Assembly (NCBI GenBank): GCA_964016885.1
Contig: OZ024740.1
Coordinates: 9,672,001 to 9,736,000, forward strand
Length of the DNA stretch: 64,000 nt
Source: Eledone cirrhosa
Taxonomy: Eukaryota
Direction: 5' to 3'
The notes below the pieces were generated by a model, which was given only the letters and a program-made list of their open reading frames with translations, did not search any database and was not told the DNA's origin. The translations under genes were made by a program, and so were the position numbers. Of this stretch, positions 1-9,900 are shown one piece after another. Each line of letters begins with the position of its first letter. Positions within the stretch are counted from its first letter, which is position 1.

Positions 1-6
1 TTGATG

Positions 7-19
7 TGACCACTGGTCA
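7..19. repeat. 13-bp interrupted palindrome TGACCA-C-TGGTCA, present once per monomer (first copy shown)
   Basis: TGACCA is the reverse complement of TGGTCA, with a 1-nt spacer. It is retained in the large majority of monomers. Confidence 0.95.
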
Positions 20-963
20 TCTGGTTTTAGTTTTGTCACCAGAGTGAGAGAGGGGTGCTGGTGGTAGTCTTGTGGTTGATGTGACCACTGGTCATCTGGT
101 TTAGGTTTGTCACCAGACAGAGAGAGGGGTGCTTGTGGTAGTATTATGGTTGATGTGACCACTGGTCATCTGGTTTAGGCTTGTCACCAGACTGAGAGGG
201 GTGCTGGTGGTAGTCTTGTGGTTGATGTGACCACTGGTCATCTGGTTTAGGTTTGTCACCAGACTGAGAAAGGGGTGCTGGTGGTAGTCTTGTGGTTGAT
301 GGTACCACTGGTCATCTGGTTTAGGCTTGTCACCAGACTGAGAGAGGTGTGCTGGTGGTAGTCTTGTGGTTGATGTGACCACTGGTCATCTGGTTTAGGT
401 TTGTCACCAGACTGAGAAAGGGGTGCTGGTGGTAGTCTTGTGGTCGATGTGACCACTGGTCATCTGGTCTAGGTTTGTCACCAGACTGAGAGAGGGGTGC
501 TGGTGGTAGTCTTGTGGTTGATGTGACCACTGGTCATCTGGTTTAGGTTTGTCACCAGACTGAGAAAGGGGTGCTGGTGGTAGTCTTGTGGTCGATGTGA
601 CCACTGGTCATCTGGTCTAGGTTTGTCACCAGACTGAGAGAGGGGTGCTGGTGGTAGTCTTGTGGTTGATGTCACCACTGGTCATCTGGTTTAGGCTTGT
701 CACCAGACTGAGAGAGGGGTGCTGGTGGTAGTCTTGTGGTTGGTGTGACCACTGGTCATCTGGTTTTAGTTTTGTCACCAGACTGAGAAAGGCGTGCTGG
801 TGGTAGTCTTGTGGTTGATGTGACCACTGGTCATCTGGTTTTAGTTTTGTCACCAGACTGAGAAAGGCGTGCTGGTGGTAGTCTTGTGGTTGATGTGACC
901 ACTGGTCATCTGGTTTAGGTTTGTCACCAGACTGAGAGAGGGGTGCTTGTGGTAGTATTGTGG

Positions 964-1037
964 TTGATGTGACCACTGGTCATCTGGTTTAGGCTTGTCA
1001 CCAGACTGAGAGAGGGGTGCTGGTGGTAGTCTTGTGG
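964..1037 (+). repeat. Representative consensus monomer (74 bp; A12 C12 G27 T23; ~53% GC)
   Basis: Reads ttgatgtgaccactggtcatctggtttaggcttgtcaccagactgagagaggggtgctggtggtagtcttgtgg. Bases counted by hand. Confidence 0.97.
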
Positions 1038-2999
1038 TTGATGTGACCACTGGTCATCTGGTTTAGGCTTGTCACCAGACTGAGAGAGGTGTGCTGGTGG
1101 TAGTCTTGTGGTTGATGTGACCACTGGTCATCTGGTTTAGGCTTGTCACCAGACTGAGAGAGAGGTGGTGGTGGTAGTCTTGTGGTTGATGTGACCACTG
1201 GTCATCTGGTTTAGGCTTGTCACCATACTGAGAGAGAGGTGCTGGTGGGTGTCTTGTGGTTGATGTGACCACTGGTCATCTGGTTTAGGTTTTTCACCAG
1301 ACTGAGAGTAAGGTGCTGGTGGTAGTCTTGTGGTTGATGTGACCACTGGTCATCTAGTCTAGCCTTGTCACCAGACTGAGAGAGAGGTGCTGGTGGTTGT
1401 CTTGTGGTTGATGTGACCACTGGTCATCAGGTTTAGGTTTTTCACCAGACTGAGAGTGGGGTGCTGGTGATAGTCTTGTGGTTGATGTGACCACTGGTCA
1501 TCTGGTTTAGGCTTGTCACCAGACTGAGAGAGGGGTGCTGGTGGTAGTCTTGTGGTTGATGTGACCACTGGTCATCTGGTTTTAGTTTTGTCACCAGAGT
1601 GAGAGAGGGGTGCTGGTGGTAGTCTTGTGGTTGATGTGACCACTGGTCATCTGGTTTAGGTTTGTCACCAGACTGAGAGAGGGGTGCTTGTGGTAGTATT
1701 GTGGTTGATGTGACCACTGGTCATCTGGTTTAGGCTTGTCACCAGACTGAGAGAGGGGTGCTGGTGGTAGTCTTGTGGTTGATGTGACCACTGGTCATCT
1801 GGTTTAGGTTTGTCACCAGACTGAGAAAGGGGTGCTGGTGGTAGTCTTGTGGTCGATGTGACCACTGGTCATCTGGTCTAGGTTTGTCACCAGACTGAGA
1901 GAGGGGTGCTGGTGGTAGTCTTGTGGTTGATGTGACCACTGGTCATCTGGTTTAGGTTTTTCACCGGACTGAGAGTGGGGTGCTGGTGGTAGTCTTGTGG
2001 TTGATGTGACCACTGGTCATCTGGTTTTAGTTTTGTCACCAGACTGAGAGAGGGGTGCTGGTGGTAGTCTTGTGGTTGATGTGACCACTGGTCATCTGGT
2101 TTTAGTTTGTCACCAGACTGAGATAGGGGTGCTGGTAGTAGTCTTGTGGTTGATGTGACCACTGGTCATCTGGTTTAGGCTTGTCACCAGACTGAGAGAG
2201 GGGTGCTGGTGGTAGTCTTGTGGTTGATGTGACCACTGGTCATCTAGTCTAGCCTTGTCACCAGACTGAGAAAGGGGTGCTGGTGGTAGTCTTGTGGTTG
2301 ATGTGACCTCTGGTCATCTGGTTTAGGCTTGTCACAAGACTGAGTGAGATGTGCTGGTGGTTGTCTTGTGGTTGATGTGACCACTGGTCATCTGGTTTAG
2401 GTTTTTCACCAAACTGAGAAGTGGGGTGCTGGTGATAGTCTTGTTGTGGATGTGACCACTGGTCATCAGGTTTAGCTTTTTCACCAGGCTGAGAGTGGGG
2501 TGATGGTGATAGTCTTGTGGTTGATGTGACCACTGGTCATCTGGTTTAGGCTTGTCACCAGACTGAGAGAGGGGTGCTGGTGGTAGTCTTGTGGTTGATG
2601 TGACCACTGGTCATCTGGTTTAGGCTTGTCACCAGACTGAGAGATGGGTGCTGGTGGTTGTCTTGTGGTTGATGTGACCACTGGTCATCAGGTTTAGGTT
2701 TGTCACCAGGCTGAGAGAGAGGTGCTGGTGGTAGTCTTGTGGTTGATGTGACCACTGGTCATCTGGTTTAGGTTTTTCACCAGACTGAGAAAGGGGTGCT
2801 GGTGATAGTCTTGTGGTTGATGTGACCACTGGTCATCTGGTTTAGGCTTGTCACCAGACTGAGAGAGGGGTGCTGGTGGTAGTCTTGTGGTTGATGTGAC
2901 CACTGGTCATCTGGTTTTAGTTTTGTCTCCAGACTGAGAGAGGGGTGCTGGTGGTAGTCTTGTGGTTGATGTGACCACTGGTCATCTGGTTTAGGCTTG

Positions 3000-5900
3000 T
3001 CACCAGACTGAGAGAGGGGTGCTGGTGGTAGTCTTGTGGTTGATGTGACCACTGGTCATCTGGTTTAGGCTTGTCACCAGACTGAGAGAGGTGTGCTGGT
3101 GGTAGTCTTGTGGTTGATGTGACCACTGGTCATCTGGTTTTGGCTTGTCACCATACTGAGAGAGGGGTGCTGGTGGGTGTCTTGTGGTTGATGTGACCAC
3201 TGGTCATCTGGTTTAGGTTTTTCACCAGACTGAGAGTAGGGTGCTGGTGGTAGTCTTGTGGTTGATGTGACCACTGGTCATCTAGTCTAGGTTTGTCACC
3301 AGACTGAGAGAGAGGTGCTGGTGGTAGTCTTGTGGTTGATGTGACCACTGTTCATCTGGTTTAGGCTTGTCACCAGACTGAGAGAGGGGTGCTGGTGGTA
3401 GTCTTGTGGTCGATGTGACCACTGGTCATCTGGTCTAGGTTTGTCACCAGACTGAGAGAGAGGTGCTGGTGGTAGTCTTGTGGTTGATGTGACCACTGGT
3501 CATCTGGTTTAGGTTTTTCACCAGACTGAGAAAGGGATGCTGGTGGTAGTCTTGTGGTTGATGTGACCACTGGTCATCTGGTTTAGGTTTTTCACCGGAC
3601 TGAGAGAGGTGTGCTGGTGGTAGCCTTGTGGTTGATTTGACCACTGGTCATCTGGTTTAGGCTTGTCACCAGACTGAGAGAGAGGTGCTGATGGTAGTCG
3701 TCTAGTTGATGTGACCACTGGTCATCTGGTTAAGGTTTGTCACCAGACTGAGAGAGGGGTGCTGGCAGTAGTCTTGGGGTTGATGTGACCATTGGTCATC
3801 TGGTTTAGGTTTGTCACCAGACAGAGAAAGGGGTGCTGGTGGTAGTCTTGTGGTTGATGTGACCACTGGTCATCTGGTTTAGGTTTGTCACCAGACAGAG
3901 AAAGGGGTGCTGGTGGTAGTCTTGTGGTTGATGTGACCACTGGTCATCTGGTTTAGGTTTGTCACCAGACAGTGAAAGGGGTGCTGGTGGTAGTATTGTG
4001 GTTGATGTGACCACTGGTCATCTGGTTTAGGTTTGTCACCAGACAGAGAAAGGGGTGCTGGTGATAGTCCTGTGGTTGATGTGACCACTGGTCATCTGGT
4101 TTAGGTTTGTCACCAGACTGAGAGAGAGGTGCTAGTGGTAGTCTTGCGGTTGATGTGACCTCTGGTCATCTGGTTTAGGTTTGTCACCAGACTGAGAGAG
4201 ATGTGCTAGTGGTAGTCTTGTGGTTGATGTGACCACTGGTCATCTGGTTTAGGTTTGTCACCAGACATAGAAAGGGGTGCTGGTGGTAGTCTTGTGGTTG
4301 ATGTGACCACTGGTCATCTAGTCTAGCCTTGTCACCAGACTGAGAAAGGGGTGCTGGTGGTAGTCTTGTGGTTGATGTGACCTCTGGTCATCTGGTTTAG
4401 GTTTGTCACCAGACTGAGAGAGAGGTGCTAGTGGTAGTCTTGTGGTTGATGTGACCACTGGTCATCTGGTTTAGGTTTTTCACCGGACTGAGAGTGGGGT
4501 GCTGGTGATAGTCTTGTGGTTGATGTGACCACTGGTCATCTGGTTTAGGCTTGTCACCAGACTGAGAGAGGGGTGCTGGTGGTAGTCTTGTGGTTGATGT
4601 GACCACTGGTCATCTGGTTTTAGTTTTGTCACCAGACTGAGAGAGGGGTGCTGGTGGTAGTCTTGTGGTTGATGTGACCACTGGTCATCTGGTTTAGGTT
4701 TGTCACCAGAGTGAGAGTAGGGTGCTGGTGGTAGTCTTGTGGTTGATGTGACCACTGGTCATCTGGTTTAGGTTTTTCACCGGACTGAGAGAGGGGTGCT
4801 GGTGGTAGTCTTGTGGTTGATGTGACCACTGGTCATCTGGTTTTGGCTTGTCACCATACTGAGAGAGGGGTGCTGGTGGGTGTCTTGTGGTTGATGTGAC
4901 CACTGGTCATCTGGTTTAGGTTTTTCACCAGACTGAGAGTAGGGTGCTGGTGGTAGTCTTGTGGTTGATGTGACCACTGGTCATCTAGTCTAGGTTTGTC
5001 ACCAGACTGAGAGAGAGGTGCTGGTGGTAGTCTTGTGGTTGATGTGACCACTGGTCATCTGGTTTAGGCTTGTCACCAGACTGAGAGAGGGGTGCTGGTG
5101 GTAGTCTTGTGGTTGATGTGACCACTGGTCATCTGGTTTAGGCTTGTCACCAGACTGAGAGAGGTGTGCTGGTGGTAGTCTTGTGGTTGATGTGACCACT
5201 GGTCATCTGGTTTTGGCTTGTCACCATACTGAGAGAGGGGTGCTGGTGGGTGTCTTGTGGTTGATGTGACCACTGGTCATCTGGTTTAGGTTTTTCACCA
5301 GACTGAGAGTAGGGTGCTGGTGGTAGTCTTGTGGTTGATGTGACCACTGGTCATCTAGTCTAGGTTTGTCACCAGACTGAGAGAGAGGTGCTGGTGGTAG
5401 TCTTGTGGTTGATGTGACCACTGGTCATCTGGTTTAGGCTTGTCACCAGACTGAGAGAGGGGTGCTGGTGGTAGTCTTGTGGTCGATGTGACCACTGGTC
5501 ATCTGGTCTAGGTTTGTCACCAGACTGAGAGAGAGGTGCTGGTGGTAGTCTTGTGGTTGATGTGACCACTGGTCATCTGGTTTAGGTTTTTCACAAGACT
5601 GAGAAAGGGGTGCTGGTGGTAGTCTTGTGGTTGATGTGACCACTGGTCATCTGGTTTAGGTTTTTCACCGGACTGAGAGAGGTGTGCTGGTGGTAGCCTT
5701 GTGGTTGATTTGACCACTGGTCATCTGGTTTAGGCTTGTCACCAGACTGAGAGAGAGGTGCTGATGGTAGTCGTCTAGTTGATGTGACCACTGGTCATCT
5801 GGTTAAGGTTTGTCACCAGACTGAGAGAGGGGTGCTGGCAGTAGTCTTGGGGTTGATGTGACCATTGGTCATCTGGTTTAGGTTTGTCACCAGACAGAGA

Positions 5901-6900
5901 AAGGGGTGCTGGTGGTAGTCTTGTGGTTGATGTGACCACTGGTCATCTGGTTTAGGTTTGTCACCAGACAGAGAAAGGGGTGCTGGTGGTAGTCTTGTGG
6001 TTGATGTGACCACTGGTCATCTGGTTTAGGTTTGTCACCAGACAGTGAAAGGGGTGCTGGTGGTAGTATTGTGGTTGATGTGACCACTGGTCATCTGGTT
6101 TAGGTTTGTCACCAGACAGAGAAAGGGGTGCTGGTGATAGTCCTGTGGTTGATGTGACCACTGGTCATCTGGTTTAGGTTTGTCACCAGACTGAGAGAGA
6201 GGTGCTAGTGGTAGTCTTGCGGTTGATGTGACCTCTGGTCATCTGGTTTAGGTTTGTCACCAGACTGAGAGAGATGTGCTAGTGGTAGTCTTGTGGTTGA
6301 TGTGACCACTGGTCATCTGGTTTAGGTTTGTCACCAGACATAGAAAGGGGTGCTGGTGGTAGTCTTGTGGTTGATGTGACCACTGGTCATCTAGTCTAGC
6401 CTTGTCACCAGACTGAGAAAGGGGTGCTGGTGGTAGTCTTGTGGTTGATGTGACCTCTGGTCATCTGGTTTAGGTTTGTCACCAGACTGAGAGAGAGGTG
6501 CTAGTGGTAGTCTTGTGGTTGATGTGACCACTGGTCATCTGGTTTAGGTTTTTCACCGGACTGAGAGTGGGGTGCTGGTGATAGTCTTGTGGTTGATGTG
6601 ACCACTGGTCATCTGGTTTAGGCTTGTCACCAGACTGAGAGAGGGGTGCTGGTGGTAGTCTTGTGGTTGATGTGACCACTGGTCATCTGGTTTTAGTTTT
6701 GTCACCAGACTGAGAGAGGGGTGCTGGTGGTAGTCTTGTGGTTGATGTGACCACTGGTCATCTGGTTTAGGTTTGTCACCAGAGTGAGAGTAGGGTGCTG
6801 GTGGTAGTCTTGTGGTTGATGTGACCACTGGTCATCTGGTTTAGGTTTTTCACCGGACTGAGAGAGGGGTGCTGGTGGTAGTCTTGTGGTTGATGTGACC
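3000..6900. repeat. 28-monomer (2,073 bp) tandem higher-order duplication
   Basis: ORFs 3518/5591, 3888/5961 and 4480/6553 are all offset by 2,073. The same pair recurs at 38097/40170. Confidence 0.88.
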
Positions 6901-9900
6901 ACTGGTCATCTGGTTTAGGTTTGTCACCAGACAGAGAAAGGGGTGCTGGAGGTAATCTTGTGGTTGGTGTGACCACTGGTCATCTGGTTTAGGTTTGTCA
7001 CCAGACAGAGAAAGGGGTGCTTGTGGTAGTATTGTGGTTGATGTGACCACTGGTTATCTGGTTTAGGTTTGTCACCAGACAGTGAAAGGGGTGCTGGTGG
7101 TAGTCTTGTGGTTGATGTGACCACTGGTCATCTGGTTCAGGTTTGTCACCAGACTGAGAAAGGGGTGCTGGTGGTAGTCTTGTGTTTGATGTGACCACTG
7201 TTCATCTGGTTTAGGTTTGTCACCAGACAGAGAAGGGGTGCTGGTGATAATCTTGTGGTTGATGTGACCACTGGTCATCTGGTTTAGGCTTATCACCAGA
7301 CTGAGAGAGGGGTGCTGGTGGTAGTCTTGTGGTTGATGTGACCACTGGTCATCTGGTTTAGGCTTGTCACCAGACTGAGAGAGGTGTGCTGGTGGTAGTC
7401 TTGTGGTTGATGTGACCACTGGTCATCTGGTTTAGGCTTGTCACCAGACTGAGAGAGGGGTGCTGGTGGTAGTCTTGTGGTTGATGTGACCATTGGTCAT
7501 CTGGTTTAGGCTTGTCACCATACTGAGAGAGGGGTGCTGGTGGGTGTCTTTTGGTTGATGTGACCACTGGTCATCTGGTTTAGGTTTTTCACCAGACTGA
7601 GAGTAGGGTGCTGGTGGTAGTCTTGTGGTTGATGTGACCACTGGTCATCTAGTCTAGGTTTGTCACCAGACTGAGAGAGAGGTGCTGGTGGTAGTCTTGT
7701 GGTTGATATTACCACTGGTCATCTGGTTTAGGCTTGTCACCAGACTGAGAGAGAGGTGCTAGTGGTAGTCTTGCGGTTGATGTGACCTCTGGTCATCTGG
7801 TTTAGGTTTGTCACCAGACTGAGAGAGATGTGCTAGTGGTAGTCTTGTGGTTGATGTGACCACTGGTCATCTGGTTTAGGTTTGTCACCAGACATAGAAA
7901 GGGGTGCTGGTGGTAGTCTTGTGGTTGATGTGACCACTGGTCATCTAGTCTAGCCTTGTCACCAGACTGAGAAAGGGGTGCTGGTGGTAGTCTTGTGGTT
8001 GATGTGACCTCTGGTCATCTGGTTTAGATTTGTCACCAGACTGAGAGAGGGGTGCTGGTGGTAGTCTTGTGGTTGATGTGACCACTGGTCATCTGGTTTA
8101 GGTTTGTCACCAGACTGAGAGAGAGAGAGGGGTGCTGGTGGTAGTCTTGTGGTTGATGTGACCTCTGGTCATCTGGTTTAGGCTTGTCACCAGACTGAGA
8201 GAGAGGTGCTGGAGGTAGTCGTGTGGTTGATGTGACCACTGGTCATCTGGTTTAGGCTTGTCACCAGACTGAGAGAGGAGTGCTGGGAGTAGTCTGGTGG
8301 TTGATGTGACCACTGGTCATCTGATTTAGGCTTGTCACCAGACTGAGAGAGGAGTGCTGGGAGTAGTCTGGTGGTTGATGTGACCACTGGTCATCTGGTC
8401 TAGGCTTGTCACCAGACTGAGAGAGAGGTGCTGGTGGTAGTCTTGTGGTTGATGTGACCACTGGTCATCTGGTTTAAGCTTGTCACCAGACTGAGAGTGG
8501 GGTGCTGGTGGTAGTCTTGTGGTTGATGTGACCACTGGTCATCTGGTTTAGGCTTGTCACCAGACTGAGAGAGGGGTGCTGGTGGTAGTCTTGTGGTTGA
8601 TGTGACCACTGGTCATCTGGTTTAGGCTTGTCACCAGACTGAGAGAGGGGTGCTGGTGGTAGTCTTGTGGTTGATGTGACCACTGGTCATCTGGTTTAGG
8701 CTTGTCACCAGACTGAGAGAGGGGTGCTGGTGGTAGTCGTGTGGTTGATGTGACCACTGGTCATCTGGTTTAGTCTTGTCACCAGACTGAGAGAGAGGTG
8801 CTGGTGGTAGTCTTGCGGTTGATGTGACCACTGGTCATCTGGTTTAGGCTTGTCACCAGACTGAGAGAGAGGTATTTGTGGTAGTCTTGTGGTTGATGTG
8901 ACCACTGGTCATCTGGTTTAGGCTTGTCACCAGACTGAGAGAGAGGTGCTGGTGGTAGTCGTGTGGTTGATGTGACCACTGGTCATCTGGTTTAGGCTTG
9001 TCACCAGACTGAGAGAGAGGTGCTGGTGGTAGTCGTGTGGTTGATGTGACCACTGGTCATCTGGTTTAGGCTTGTCACCAGACTGAGAGAGGGGTGCTGG
9101 TGATAGTCTTGTGGTTGATGTGACCACTGGTCATCTGGTTTAGGCTTGTCACCAGACTGAGAGAGAGGTGCTGGTGGTAGTCGTGTGGTTGATGTGACTA
9201 CTGGTCATCTAGTCTAGGTTTGTCACCAGACTGAGAGAGAGGTGCTGGTGGTAGTCGTGTGGTTGATGTGATCTCTGGTCATCTGGTTTAGGCTTGTCAC
9301 CAGACTGAGAGAGGGGTGCTGGTGGTAGTCTTGCGGTTGATGTGACCACTGGTCATCTAGTCTAGGTTTGTCACCAGACTGAGAGAGAGGTGCTGGTGGT
9401 AGTCTTGCGGTTGATGTGACCACTGGTCATCTGGTTTAGGTATGTTTACCAGACTGAGAGAGGGGTGCTGGTTGTAGTCTTGTGGTTGATGTGACCACTG
9501 GTCATCTGGTTTAGGTTTGTCACCATACTGAGAGAGGGGTGCTTGTGGTAGTCTTGTGGTTGATGTGACCACTGGTCATCTGGTTTAGGTTTGTCACCAT
9601 ACTGAGAGAGGGGTGCTGGTGGTAGTCTTGTGGTTGATGTGACCACTGGTCAACTGGTTTAGGTTTGTCACCAGACTGAGAAAGGGGTGCTGGTGATAGT
9701 CTTGTGGTTGATGTGACCACTGGTCATCTGGTTTAGGTTTGTCACCAGACTGAGAAAGGGGTGCTGGTGGTAGTCTTGTGGTTGACGTGACCACTGGTCA
9801 TCTGGTTTAGGCTTGTCACCAGACTGAGAGAGAAGTGCTGGTGGTAGTCTTGTGGTTGATGTGACCACTGGTCATCTGGTTTAGGCTTGTCACCAGACTG

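Noticed and set aside
7-19. Oestrogen response element or bacterial operator/terminator
   Set aside because: The half-sites are in the opposite orientation to GGTCAnnnTGACC. There is no adjacent gene, promoter or U-tract context, so it is not annotated as regulatory.
988-994. Telomeric repeat (TTAGG / TTAGGC / TTTAGG word in each monomer on a G/T-rich strand)
   Set aside because: There is only one isolated 5-6 bp word per 74 bp, never tandem. That is insufficient to call telomeric sequence, though a subtelomeric location is not excluded.
1014-1037. G-quadruplex-forming tract
   Set aside because: Only one GGGG run per monomer plus GG doublets. There is no canonical four-G3 motif with short loops.
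1410-1440. Hammerhead ribozyme satellite (the catcagg variant gives CUGAUGA on the minus strand, followed by a small hairpin)
   Set aside because: CUGAUGA occurs only in a few variant monomers (the consensus reads CAGAUGA), and the required GAAA after stem II is absent. Plus-strand CTGAGAG does not match CUGANGA. An Infernal/Rfam scan would confirm.
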